DNA from: Podospora anserina
Taxonomy: Eukaryota
Length of the DNA: 64,000 nt
Reading direction: 5' to 3'
NCBI GenBank assembly: GCA_017654855.1
Contig: CM030335.1
Coordinates: 2,914,001 to 2,978,000 of the forward strand
Below, piece by piece: positions 50,741 through 64,000 of the stretch. Numbering within the stretch: the first letter of the stretch is position 1; the number at the start of each line of letters is the position of its first letter. Below the pieces are notes generated by a model. The model saw nothing but the letters and a program-made list of their open reading frames with translations, was not told the origin of the DNA and searched no databases. A program made the translations under genes and the position numbers.

Positions 50741-52510
50741 CTAAGCCTTCACGGCAGCCTTCTCATCCGCCGCCGCAGGTGCAGCAGCAGGAGCAGCAGC
50801 AGCAGGCGCAACCCCCGCCTCCTGAGCCTTAGCATCCGCCGCCGCCGAGGTGCTCGCCTCGGGAACAGCCACAACCGGTTTCGGCTTCTCCTCCGCACCA
50901 GTAACCCCCTGCGTCGCGGGCGCAGCCGCCGCCTCGACCGGATTGACCTTCACCTCTTCCGCCGGACTCGGCACCGTCGGGCTCCCCGGCGTAGCCCCCG
51001 CCACCTTCTTGATAACCTCAAACCACTTCATCGCCTCGGCCGGACTGTGCGCCTTGAAGCTCAACTCGCTGCTCCCCGACAACTTGCCCCCCAACCCACC
51101 ACTCTTGTCCTTCCCCTTGACGTTAAACTTCTCCCCGGCCGGCAAACCAATAATCGCATCCGGCAAGTAAATACTCAACTCCGGCGTCGGGTCCTTCCTG
51201 TAGTTATCATCATCCTTGAACTCGTGCAAGAACTTGGCCGGGGTAACCACATAGTAACCCGTGGAATACCCCCAGCTGAGCTTATTCCTACTCTTCCTCT
51301 CCAAGCTCCCCTCAATCAGCGCCTTGGTCGAAGCATGATTCTGATTCGGGAACTGAATCGCCTCCACTGTCCTAGGCCCCTCCGCCGGATCAACCAGCTT
51401 ATCCCCCGACCTCTTGACAAACCCCTTCCACTCAAAATCGGGCGGGATCCTCTGCGCAGAACCAAGCATGTCCGCATACAGCGCCTGCACCTTCAGCGCC
51501 TGGCCCCCAACAAAGCTGTTAAACGCCTCCATGGCCTGCTGCACCGTCCCGATGACGTGCGCCTCAAACTCCTGAAAGTTCGCCTGCACAGCAATCAGAT
51601 CGTTACGCTGATTGTTCTCCTCCTGGACCTGCTTGTTCAGCCTGTGCAGCACGCCCCGCTGGATGACATACGGGTCGTCGTTAGGGTGGTGCTTGGCCCC
51701 GCTAGACTCAAAAGCAGCCGTGTGCTGGCCCAGGAGCTCAATGTGCTTCTGGGTCGTGTTGCGCGCCTTTTCGACTTCCTTGGCGCCCTTTTCCGCGCCG
51801 TGGGCGAGCTCCTTGGCCTTGTGCTTGATTTCCTTGTGGAGGCGCTCGAGCACGGGCAGGACGGAGCCCTTGATGGATTTCTCCGTCTCGGCGTTGGTGT
51901 TGATCAGGGCTTGGGTGTTGACGCGCATGTTTTCAAAGAAGCCGGCGACGCCGCCGAGGGATTGATCAAAGTGCTCGCCTTCGCGGAGGGGTTTGGAGAT
52001 GGTCTGATGATGGGGAGGGCAGGTTAGTTGCGGTCTAGGAAAGCTGTAGAAATAACGGGGGATTCGTCGCACCTTCAAAACCCTCTCATACTCCTTGGAC
52101 GAGTTTTTGTGCACCTTCTCGACCGCCTCGACGTACTCCTCGAGGTAACCGACAGCATGCTTCCATGCCTGCAACCTCTGCGCAAGGAGGCCGGCCGTCT
52201 AAATCGCAAACATGTCAGTATATTCCCCCTGATACCATCTGCCCTAAAACGAGCCACTCACGGTGTTGGGATCGTGCTCAGGAACAGCCTCGTCACTAAG
52301 GTTGCTCGCAAGCGTGCTCTGCCTCGAGGGCTCAACAGGCGAAGTAACAGTAGACATTGTCGCTGGTTCTTCCCGAATAACACTACTCTCTGCTGGTGCT
52401 GTGGTAGTCTGTAACTTCTCCGGTTGCTGCTGAGCGGAGGCGGAAGAGGCAGTGGCGGACGTCTCTGGTTTGCGGAGAGAATGTCCTCTCGAAAGTCGCT
52501 TGAAATGCAT
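50741..52510 (-). CDS. Slm1-like BAR-PH domain protein; two introns; start codon uncertain (52510 or about 52358)
   Basis: A helical region beginning RLQAWKHAVGYLE and a PH domain EGSLERKS...GYYVVTPAKFLHEFK...PELSIYLP...FKAHS...W. Confidence 0.85.
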
Positions 52511-54354
52511 CGAGAGATAAAGTAAAATAAAAATAAAAAGGAAGCGGTGTTGGGGTGGGTAGGTTGTTGGGCCTGGAGCCGGGGGGACGGGAGGGGGAGG
52601 GATCGAGTTTAACAAGTGTGGAGAAACACAAGATTGGATGGTTGGCTGTTGGTGGTAAGGGTCCCTTTCCTTTTTCCTAGGATCCTAAAATGAAAAAAAC
52701 AAAAGACAAGAGGTTCGTCCCGAACTACAAGCCCGTGCAGCAGCAGCTAGAAGTAAAGATATAGAGGCTTTTACACTAACCAAACAAGTATGAGGTCATT
52801 GAAACCAAACCACAGGTCATAAGATCAACACCACCTACCGCGCCAGCCAGCAGCAGTAGGTATTTGTATTATTATTCCCTTCACCCAATCCACACACACA
52901 ACAACCAGCACACCAGCGCCTCTTGCGTAGCAGCAGCAGCAGCAAACAACCCCTCCTCTCCTCCCCTCCCTGCCAAGAGATCGAGCAAAAGTGGATCCTC
53001 TCTATCGACCAACGCCGATCTCAATTGGTCCCGCCAAGACGCAACCATCAAATCCCATCATGCCATGACGTAACTCCACTTTCCAGCCAAAAAGCTGCCC
53101 CACATCAACAGCAAAACCCTTGTCCAGCTGGCAGATGCGTGAAGGCATCGTGGACCATGTCTCGTTTAAACAAAAAAATCAGCTCGCCATGGGAGACAAT
53201 ATCATGCGCATGGTTTGGTTTTTTTTCCTTCTCTTTGGTCGCCGTTGAATAGCTCGGCCGACCGTTGCAGATGGAAGTTATAGCTCAGCTGGGTTTTTTT
53301 TTCCAATCTTTTAATAAAAAAAGGGTCCAATTGCATGACGTAGCCTCATCAGTGAACAAACAATCGGGCCTCCATGCTACTGCAAGCAAACCACCACCAT
53401 CACCCAAAGTGGGAATAGCTATCTCTGTTCTCAAGAGTGGTAGATCGATCGCCAATGCTCCCGTCTTGAAAACGTCCGCAGCTGAGCTGAGCTTATGAAA
53501 TGCCAATCTGCACCGGCTTTCGGCTTATCCGACTCCATTGCATATCTTCTTGTGTGAGGCCTCTTTAGGCAACTTCCCCCATGTTTCAAGCCCACAACAC
53601 ATTTCTTGTCTCACGATACACCACACATCTGTGTTCCAGATGCTATCCCAAATGTCTAGAACCCAGTCGATCGTTTCCTCCCTAGACATGTACTGTCCTA
53701 CACGACATCTCACTACGTACAAACCGCCAGATACTCCTCCCATCTCATCTCTTCGGCCTCAATCTCACAACCAGCACCAGTCACAAGCAAATACTCCATT
53801 TACTGGCTATTCTTTGGTCTAGATTCATCTGCTGACTTTTGACTATAGGGGGTATCGAAGGTATAAAGTAGCAACTGGTTCAGATGATGTCCTCTTCATC
53901 AATCCCCAAACCGAAAACACAGAGCGCCTCAAATAATCCGCTGCCCGATCCTCAATCTCTTTGATCGAGCCCTCGAACCCAGCCCACCACCAAAAGGAAA
54001 AAAGAGAAGAGAATGACCGTCAACTCCAAAACAAACATGAGACCTCCTCTTGATGTCAGTTCCCATCGCAAATGTGCCGCCTTTGGCAATCCCAAACGCC
54101 AACGACAGGTTGCCTCCATTACCCCCCTCCATGTGTGTCAATATCCCCCCATGCATTGGTCATTAAAACGCCTATTAAAAAAAAAAGCTGCTCTTTGCAG
54201 CTGCCGAATGCCCTTTGCTGTCCACCAGCCCTGGACTCCAGGCAAAAGCAACAGAACAGACATTTATAATACAAAGGAAACCTCAATTTCCATCTCCATT
54301 CAGAACGCCCCTTATGCTTCATCAGGGTGTGCGTGCCGACGAGCTATTGGACCT

Positions 54355-56433
54355 CTAGGCCAAGCCGCGTTGGGCACGGAGAAGGTGAAGCCGTCGATGC
54401 TCATCGCCCTCCCCGTGCAGCGAGTGGTGTGGGTACAATCCCACCGACAATTGCCGCCAGCGGATGGGTGATGTTCTGCGTGTCCCAGGCCGACTCTGCG
54501 GGTTCATGTCGTCATCCTGAGTCGACGACTCTTGAGGGACCTCGGCGATGCTTCCCAGGAACGAGTTGTCGGACCGGGTGAGTTCAGTAGCTCTCAACGG
54601 CGGCGATCGTTCCGGCGAACCTGGTTGAGGTGTGCTCGGTACGCTCGTCGCCGTTTCGTAGTCTGGGAGAACATTGTACGCCAGCGGCCGGACTGGTGTC
54701 TTGACGGCTGTCTGGTAACTAGGAACCTTGCTGAGCTCCTCAAGCTCTGCATAGTCGAGGTGCTGCAATGCAGATTCGTCGTCGTCACTGTTGTGCCGAG
54801 TAAGCGGTAATGACGGCGGCGCCGACTGCTCATCGGTACGGGCATCCTCGGTATCAAGTTCTGATGCGTAGCTGGGCATGTGGCGTGCCGATTCCGCAGC
54901 CCGCATCGTTGGCCATGACTGATTACGATTGTGCTGATTAAGCTGAGTCTGCAACCTAGCAGTGAGCTGGTTGGCACTGAATGGCACACCATTAACGGGA
55001 CTGCTGGCACCATGATAGAGTGCATTCAGATTCTCCACGGAGCTGGCGCGCGACCTTCCATAGATTGGGCTATTAACAGCCGACAGGCCACCAGCTGGTG
55101 TCTGTAGCCCGGTTGGATCCATATCCTCGTACAGCTGGTCAAGAACATGCTCGCCGTAGCCTGGTGGTGCTATCGCGGCTACTTGCAGGGACGGTGTTCC
55201 GACCGGTACTTGTCGTACCAGATTCCCGTCCTCGTCCAGTGGCATATTTGGCGATATGAAAATGGTTACCGGCAGCGTCGCCCTAAGCTCCGAAATGTGA
55301 CCGTCGGGATTCTTCAAAGCCACAACCAACTTCAGCTTGTGTCGAACTTTGATGCCCTTGGTGTTGACATCCTGCAAGCATTTCGAAAGTTTCTTCGGCA
55401 GGTTAAGCGAAGTGTTGAGAACCCAGCCCTCCTGCCCGCTATCGTTGATCATGTCCTGCCAATGCTCCTCGCGCGTGATGGGAAGTCGCCATGTCTCGAT
55501 TTCTCTTTCTTTCCGGTATTCCTTAACCGAAGAGGCACCCGACGACCTAGTCGAGTGAAGCACAATGTCATGGACCTCGACCAGCTTCACGGTCATGTCG
55601 CCTAACTCCAGTCCCTTCAGTAATGGGGTAAATCTCGTCTCTAGAGGGATGCATGTGCCGAAGACCACCGCCTTCTGAGGGATCAGAATCGAGTAATCTA
55701 TCTTGTTGGGCCAGATATTTTCCACACTCATCGCATGTAGAAACTCGAGGGCGGAGGATTCGAGGGTTCGGATGATGCGTAGCCGTTTGTAAGCGCTCAA
55801 ATCGGATGCAAACTTGCCCCGCACTACTGATGCCTTCAGTCTGTAAGTGATGCTGGCCTCACGCAAGCCCTCCACACTCTCCGTGGTATTACCAGGGAGC
55901 ATGACTTGAAAGGGCCATTCGTAATTGCCAGGGCCTAGCGTGGTGCCCCTCGAATGATGTGTGTCGCCAGTCGGAATATGGTTGGAAGCGCCGACTCCAG
56001 CAAATGGTCGCCATCGGTGCTCGTAGAAGTTCACAGTCTTATCGATTCTGTGATGGTTAATTCCTGTCGCGGTTACTCTGGGATCGGTCCAACTACTCAA
56101 CAGCGTCAGTGACTTGTACTTTGGTGCTTTCTCTGGCCGAATCCCATACCCATAGTGGATTGTGCCGGTCAATTTCAAGTTGATCGTCTCGACCTTTAAT
56201 GGCGCAGACAAGCAAAGCACGACTGTTCCTTTGAGCAGTTGGCCAGAGGCCTCATGATCGTTACCGCGAAAGACAATAAAGTCGTTCTCGAGCCTGTGTT
56301 CCAGATTACCCGGTCAGTGGTTGTCATGCAAATAACCGAGGGTGTTCCAAAAATAAAACAAAAAAATAGCTTACCTGATGTCGAACAGCGTACAGGCATT
56401 CTTCTTGGATGTGGAAAGGGTGAATAGAGGCAT
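54355..56433 (-). CDS. creD: Alpha-arrestin / Rsp5 adaptor, CreD/Rod1-like; two introns
   Basis: LFDIR|LENDFIVFRG, GNYEWPF, ESVEGL, VENIWPNKIDY and SELRATLPV, with the PY motifs PPGY, VPSY and LPDY. Confidence 0.88.
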
Positions 56434-59400
56434 CTCTCAGATATGTACCCAAACTGTCGAGGAGAGAGAGAGCAGTAGAAAATTAAGTGGAGGAGGAGAG
56501 GCCCGGTCGGGTAGAGATATGGTCTAGAGCAGTCATCTACCCCGACTGCTTCTGGCGTGTCGTATGTAGGGGAGTGGTGTTCGGGGGCGGTGTTACGGCA
56601 CGATGCGGCGAAGGCTCGCTTCGAAGTTGGTAAGATTTGGAAAGGTGCCTGCTAAGTCTAGGTACTAGATAGGCGAACGGTGAATGGCAGCGAATGGCGT
56701 GATTACGGGTCGTGTTTGTAGGTACGAGGTAGGAGGGACGGAGTGAAATTGAGAAGAAAAGCAACCAGGAAGAATACAGAGGCGTATTATTTTCGCAATT
56801 GTTCAAGAGTATGAGCTGGAAAGCATCGGGCCACTGGGACGGGATTGGAGAGCACCGTGGCCGGGGGCCGGCGATCAGGGAGTCAGGTACAAGCCTGCAT
56901 GTCCCACAACAAAGAGACGCTTTGCGAGGTACTTGGAGGTACCTGAATAGTGCTGAGCCACAAAGGGTGCGCACCCACCAACCACCACCGCAACCATCCC
57001 ACACAGACAACAGCAAGCGAGACCCGGCTCATGCACGCTCCGTTGATCCAGACAAATCACGATAGGGAACCGCCGAAGCAGAATCCCAATAATAGGTAAG
57101 CCCCAAGAAATGTAGTGTCCGTCTCCGTAGGTATGCATTATGCCAGCACTTCACTTCCATCTCGTGTTACCTACTGCTGTTTGCAGCATGGAACGGGCAA
57201 GCTGACGAGGACGTTTATGGCACCGCCTCATGGCATTGGATTCAGAACGAAGCCGGAGCTACCGGCAGCCCGGGGCAGGCAGTCACCTCAACGGCCTGCC
57301 ATCCCACTGATAAAAGCAAAACTTACTCCTCATCCACGTTTTCCAGTGGGGGCCTGTGAGTCGTGCGATGGCGGATCACGAAAGGCCGCATTGTTCAACA
57401 TGGCACGTCAGAGGGTGAGGTTTGTAAAGTGGTGGGGTCTGGCGTGGGGTGTGCCAAGTGGCCTGCCAAAACGCCATCTCAAGCTTGACCGCTCTTAAAA
57501 TCACAAGTACGTAAAGTTTCCATTTCCAAAACGCCCTCTGCTTTCATCTCTCTTTGTCCACGCTGTCGCAATGTGACACCAATTGCTCAGCTGGCTTTGT
57601 GCCGTCAACGCTGCCAATGTTTCATTGACCAAAAATGGATGGTCGTAGAGAAACCAAATCCCTGCGTGAATCAAGCCACAGTGAGATTCGACAAGGTTGA
57701 TTGGCCCCCACCAAAATGCGTCTAGAAAACTGCCTAACTGGGCAGGATCACATCTTCAACTTTCACTTTGACGTGGACAAACCTGGCCGCCTTGGGCAGG
57801 CGCTCTCCCAGACATTGGCGGGTAATTCGCCGAGGTGACTTCCTGACAGCCTTGTGAATATGGAATTTGGGGCTGGCGGCCACGATGATACCTCTTGCCT
57901 GCTCGACCGGGCGTGGAGTACTGTGATTGAGCCTCGAGACAGCATCGGCTGGGTTCCCTTCTCAATGCAGGAGGTCGGCACCCGAAGGACCCCAACGCGA
58001 AGGGCCACGGCATGAACCTGCTGACTGGCTGCTCTGCAGGATGTCAAATGTGACACCTCTGTGACTTGCTTGGCCGTGAAGGGACAAGCTCATGATGAGG
58101 CCACACAGATGCAGGGATAGCGTGGACTCTTCCGTTTGGATGCCGGGAATCAAGAACGCCAAGCGTCCAGACTCCCGAATCCGGACCCCACCGATAACGG
58201 CGATAAGAACAACAGAGGCTTCGGAGCTTGAGGCGTTGAGTCAATCTGATTGGTTGGTAAAATCCGGTTTTCCCCAAACCTCAGTCAAGCCATCATCACT
58301 GATAACGACATTTTGCCCACCATGTTCGCGCTCTGACGACGTAGTGTAGTTATGAAGTCACAGATTTCCATGTTTGCCGCCAGATCCCACCCTACACTGT
58401 CAACACGAAGGATGGTTCATCGACTTCGACAACACCATTGGGCCCTCACCTTCGGATAAAGAATTTCACCATCAAAGAATGGCCGAGGAAATCTGCAAAA
58501 TTACTCAACTTGTTACGTCCGCCTGCTGCCTCGGCCCACAAACCTAAGCCCTCACCGCAAGTCCTACCATGGGTTGTCGCCCAGTTTCTTGTTGATATCA
58601 AAAATCCCTAGGGCCAAAGTGGGTTTCCGCCAACGATGAAGCTATCGCGCCACGATCGATTGGGCCCAAGGGTATCCCAGACTGAGGCTTTTCTCGGCGC
58701 TCCCGCCATCAGCCTTATCGCGAACACACAGCCCATCCGTCTACTTGGTGTCTGTCTAGTAGCATAGCGCGCGTCCTAATGCGAGTGTGGTCTGGACCTG
58801 TCAATAATGCCATCATAAGAAGCTCCCGAAGCCCCCAGGCTCTGTCCACCATCAACAAAATCAACCAGGCAAGGCGAAACGGTCGGACTTTAGATATCAA
58901 CATCAACCCACAAACCCCAACGGTGAGCAGAGGCCGCGGACGTCTTGCGGAAAGAACCGGTTGCTGCGTATCAAGGTTTGAGCGACCGTTTATTTTATTT
59001 TTCTCATGTGTTTCTCCTTCTAGAAGCTTGTCTCCATAAAGGGAAAACATCAGACGATACCCCTCACCAAAGTCCATGTCATGGCTCTGTACAGAACGAT
59101 ACATCGACTGATCCTTGCGTCGATCTCGATGACACACGTTCAAGCCACACCCTCCAACTCACTGAACCTTTTCTGGAGGCAAGCCGGGCATGGGCATGTA
59201 ACTGGGATCATACCGACAATGCCAACCTCATCCCGTGTCAGTCCCGCACGGCGAAGGTGCATTTTTCACATGCTTCGTCAACCACATGCATGAAAGATCC
59301 GTTTCTACTGGCTTGAAAATCCCCTGGCAAAGAGGAAAAAATTAGACGGATGGATACCACTCAACAAGCATTGCAAGAACTCCACAAACGGTTGAGGGAA

Positions 59401-60432
59401 TAACTCTTGTCCCCCGGCAACGGGATTTGCACCCACTCTTCATTTTTGTCATGAAAACTTTTCGCCACATCACGGCACTCGATGATACTCTTGTGCATAC
59501 TGCATGCAGACGAGCCGCGCCTTCGCAGTAGTTATAGCAGACTCACAAGCTTCAACAGGAATAACTTACAGAGGAATAACTTACAGGAAAAGTATACCCC
59601 TCTTCCTCGGCCACTCGGGTTCCACTTGAAAACGCGAGGTTCCCTCGTAGTTATCGTATTCGATATTATTCGGTCTCTTGCCGAATCTTGCATCCATCAA
59701 GCTGCAGGAACGCGATCCACACACAAAAGATAGTGTCGGGAGTGAGCCCGATAGGGCAGAGCCAATGTGTGTCAAGGCTTGGAAAGGGCCGAGATCATAT
59801 ATGTATAATTTATGATCGTCCCCCACCCTCAACTTCAAACCTTCCGAGACTGTGATACTGTTTGATGTCATAAACCAATCCGACTGTAAACCACGATAGT
59901 TGAGCCATCACATGACGTGGGTGATATGTATAATCACCAATTAATCACAAACACAGCATTTAATAAGTTTACCATATCCATGACTCCATGACTGTCTCTG
60001 GCTTGATTGGTGGTTTACATGCAGACCCACACAGTCCATAGTCGTCCTCCTGGGTGCCATCGTGTTACCACATCGTGTGTCAATAAACCACCCTAGAACC
60101 ATCATATTCATAATATGACAACCGACCATCAAGAATACGGTAGCTCACGAACCTCACGTTCTGACTCACTTCCAAACGATATCATGGTCCAATTTCCATG
60201 ATCATATTGATAACATAACAACCAAACGCAACCACATTACACAACCACACACAAAAATACGAAAGCCTAATGGCCTTCAAATTGTGACTCACTCTCAAAC
60301 AAGTCTATCGTAAAAGATATACAAGCTCTCACAAAACGCTAAATAAAAAAACCATAACTGTCACCTGCACGTAAACGAGACTCGTCACCTCTTATCCCAC
60401 AGTCTCAAATGCACATTCACCCAACCACACGC

Positions 60433-62722
60433 TCACTCAACCTTGTTCTCCTGCTCCCCCAAAGGCGTCAACTCGGCCGGCCTACTCCAGGTCCTGATGT
60501 GCCCGGACTTGCAGCTGGTGATAATCGCATCCCTCGTAAACTCCAACCAGCAAAGCGGATCGTCATCAATAATTTTGCTCTGTCCCACACACAGTCAGTT
60601 AATCTTCACACCCCTGTGAAATCTCACCCCTTCTCCCACAGCAAACTCACCAAAACAGGCGGCAAAACCGCCGTACTAGCCCTCGGCTCAACCGCCCTAG
60701 GCCTCACCTCCCCCTTCCTCAACCCCCCGCCCTTCCCCCTATCCCCCTCCCCATCCCCATTCACCCCCCCCTCCCTAACCGTCTCCCCCCCCGACAACCC
60801 CGAATTGCTCCTCCCCCTACTACTACCCTCCCCCAGCGGCCTCCCCCCAACAACCCCATGCGTCGTGCTCCCCACCCTAGGCCGAATCAACATCCCCAAG
60901 CTAAAATCCCACAAGCAAACCCTCCCATCCTCCCCCACACTCCCAAACCTGTAATTCCTCCCCGCCCCCGTCGTCGTCTCGTCAAGATCGCACCTCCACA
61001 AATCAAACTTCACCCCCGTCACCCAGCTGTGATGCCCCTGACACCTTGCCACCAAATGCCCTTGCGTCGTCCCGTTCACACCAGGAGACCAGATGCTCAC
61101 CAAATCGTCCTGCCCCCCCGTGAGCACATACCTCCCGTCCGGGCTCCACGTCACGCACGTCAGACCACCATAGTACGAGTAAAACAGGTCCAGCAGTGTT
61201 TCGGACAGATAATCAATTATCCGGAGGGAGCCATCTTCTGATACTACCGCCAGGTGGCGGTTGTCTGGACTGAAGGCAAAGGCGTTGATGCGCTGGTTGG
61301 AAAGTTTCCAGACGCTCACCGGGTTCACTTTTTGGTTTTTGGAATGCACAGACTTTTGGATGTGGATTTTGTGAATAACGCTGCTGGTGGTGGTCTTGTT
61401 GTTTGATGACGAGGTTGAGGAGGTGGGCCGGGGCAAGGGAGGAGCATCGCTGCTTGATCGGACGGCCGTTGAAGGTGAGGAGAGAGGGGTGCCCTCATCT
61501 TCGGGGGAGAAGATGGCGTCTTCTTTTTCCTTGTCGTAAACGATGAGGGTGCCGTCCATGTGAGCTGCCAGAAACAAGTTCTCCGAATTGGGAATCCAGG
61601 CTATGCAGGAGACGGGGGTCGAGTTGATTATCCCCTATCACAGCAACATATCAGTACAAGGGGACAGGAAAAAGGGGGGAGTAAGTACGTTTTTGTTCAA
61701 CCTCGTATACCGCTGAGAGATGGGCTCCCACCAAATAATCTCCCCCGTCGAAAACCCCATCACCACATCAACATGCGCCGCGCTCTTGGTCACCCTGTTC
61801 ACATCATGAGACAAGCAATGCGCCTTTGTAAACAAAATCTTGGTCAGATACTCCGCCTTGGTCGGGGACGACAAGTCCAGCCACTGAAAAGCCCTATTCA
61901 CATTGGCAAAGGCAAACATCCCGTCCCTGGCTCTCTCCTGGAGCTTCTTGCTCAGGGTCTCGTGGTTGATCACCCTCGAGATGAACGACGAGTTGCTTTT
62001 CGTCATGTTGTTCTTTGGTTTCCTGCGCTTGTTGGAGTCTTTGGTTGGGGTAGGGGTGAGGAGGGTGTTGCCCTCGCCAAAGGCGGGAGCGTTGGAGCCA
62101 AAGTGACCGCCTCCGCCATCGCTAGAGTTGAGACGGCCTCCGTCGCTGGTGCTCTCGCGGACTTCGGTGGAGGACTGGCTTCGCTCGTCGGGGTGCTCTT
62201 GGATGCTGCCTGAGACGCCGTCGGAGCGGGAGTTGGACCGGTAAAAGGAAGGCGGTAGCGGGCCGACGTCGATGTTGATGAGGGAGAGCTGGGTCCCGGC
62301 TGTGGCAGGCTGAGGTGCCGTCGAGAGGGGATTCGGGTTCTGAATGGGAGCCTCGGATGGATGCGGTGGCGGTGTCGCGAGATGCAGGTCCTCTTTCAAG
62401 ACGTAGAGACCCTCGCCGACGAGAAACTGATATTCGGGCCCCGTCGGGGTGGTGAGAATATTGTTCGTCTCAATCATTGGTAAGACGCCGCCAGTTGCCG
62501 AGATGCCATTGTATCCCCCTCCTGGCTGAGAGGGATATCTTGGTGGGGGCGGGAGGACACTGAGGGAAAACATCAGCCATTGTGCAGCTACGACGGCTGG
62601 GCAGGGCAAGTGATAAGAACGACGTGATTCGTGACGCTGGCCTGTGGTGCTTGCCAATTGCCATGAACCGCGATGTCTTCGTTATTGGCTCTCTCTCCGA
62701 GCTCTTGCTTATCTTACAACAT
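60433..62722 (-). CDS. creC: WD40-repeat catabolite repression protein CreC; 5-nt first coding exon, 3 introns
   Basis: Spliced start [10 protein letters not shown], then [57 protein letters not shown] and the terminal GHIRTWSRP. Confidence 0.92.
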
Positions 62723-63839
62723 GGCGGGCTAGTTTCCCGTTTTAGTGGTGACGCGCTTAACAATGCGGGGGAGCTTCTTGCCAAGGTCGCTAGGACACAA
62801 ACGTGCTTCGGGGGGACTGTGGGGGCTGCCTGCTTGTACCAAGGAATTATGTTGGGAGGCTGGTATGTAGAGACAAGTCCAAAGTGAAGCTGTCGACAAG
62901 TTGCTGTTCTATGTGAACTTCACCGTCTTGAGAGGTTTGAAACGCACGGCGTCGGCTTCCCGGGACGAGGCACGAGAGGCTCCCAGTTAGCCTACTTAGC
63001 TCGCTGCACTGTAACTCTTACTAACAAGCAGGGTCTGTGTTAACGACCCGGCAAACAGGCACAAGTGTCATCCACCAGGATGTTCGGGACGGGAGCGAAG
63101 CTGCTGTGGGGAACTGGAGGACCGTCCCGATCATCCGGGTGGTGGACATCAGCGAGTTTCTGCGATTCCACGATGTCAGAGAAGCAGACCGGCGGTGCTG
63201 CATCTCTTGGAACCGGATACAGTGCTCCCTTACTTCAGCTTGGCAGACATGGAGCTGAGAGCAGACGAATACAGGTAGCAATTAGTGAAGAAGGGGTTGT
63301 CTAAATTACAACGACATGACGGGCTGGGATATATATCTCAATAGTTGAAAGGCGATTAGCGCCCTGTGAAATGTATGGAATAACAACCAGTCTACTCATC
63401 CACAAAGAGTTCTCTAGAATACCTCCTCAACTGTCCAAGCTGTTCAAAGAGATCCGGTGGAAGCTGAAGTGAGAACTTGGAAAGACTTCACCAATTCGAT
63501 CTAAGGTGGGGCAGCCGCTCAGGAATGTAACCCTACTAACTTTTTAGCCAATTGGTTGGCTGGGTCTTGTCAGCGGACGTCAATGGCGGGGCTCGTGGGA
63601 AGCTAGCGTAAATGACCGCCGGGAAGGGGGAGGGAGCTTTGTGGCAGCTCAACTTTAAAGCCACCAGACGTCAATGGTCCAATATCATGCATGGCCTGAC
63701 ACTTTTACCACTACAGTTGCTTCCCGGTAGCTTTATTATCTGCCATCTGATCTTTTACTAAGAATCCCCATCTCTCTGGCTCTAGATCATGGCCCTTCGC
63801 TAGACGAGCTACATCAAAGCTTCAGTAACAGCCTTAAAC

Positions 63840-64000
63840 ATGGCGACCGGTACCGCACCTTTCCTGGACATGCAATTTTCCACGAAGCTGACCATATGTC
63901 TACAGCAGTTCGAATTTGTATCTGCGGCGACGAGGGGACGGGCAAGTCAAGTCTTATCGCTACCTTCGTCAAGGATACCTTCGTCTCCAACAAAATACAA
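63840..64000 (+). CDS. GEM1: Mitochondrial Rho GTPase Miro, 5' end only (truncated by the window); intron 63850-63908
   Basis: [34 protein letters not shown], containing the P-loop. Confidence 0.92.
   Translation, partial: MATGTAPFLDMQFSTKLTICLQQFEFVSAATRGRASQVLSLPSSRIPSSPTKY

Noticed and set aside
56500-60300. Short ORFs and SYGGRG (CreA-like) sites between creD and creC
   Set aside because: The ORFs lack motifs, and the hexamers are too frequent by chance to call.

Overview
Intron-rich genomic DNA from a filamentous ascomycete (Sordariomycete; Podospora-like by inference). It contains about 20 mostly housekeeping genes: RCD1/CAF40, a giant GPI-anchored repetitive wall protein, KHA1, RIB3, COQ3 (apparent 1-nt frameshift), UTP14, MRPL27, a GDXG hydrolase, a YBR062C-like RING protein, a YANK/STK32-type kinase, an Fpg glycosylase, an S10 carboxypeptidase-like protein lacking its catalytic Ser motif, nitrite reductase, an SLM1-like PH protein, a CreD-like arrestin, CreC and the 5' end of GEM1. 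The main feature missed by the ORF track is the apparently empty 37.25-38.9 kb gap. It is a non-coding host gene with six spliceosomal introns, each carrying one box C/D snoRNA (snR78, 77, 76, 75, 74, 73 homologues, in yeast cluster order). The snR78 homologue also appears to carry the guide of the missing snR72. An AT-rich island at 9.5-10.4 kb holds two diverged, RIP-like mutated direct-repeat copies of an LTR-like sequence. All gene identities and rRNA targets come from manual reading and remembered motifs, not database searches.
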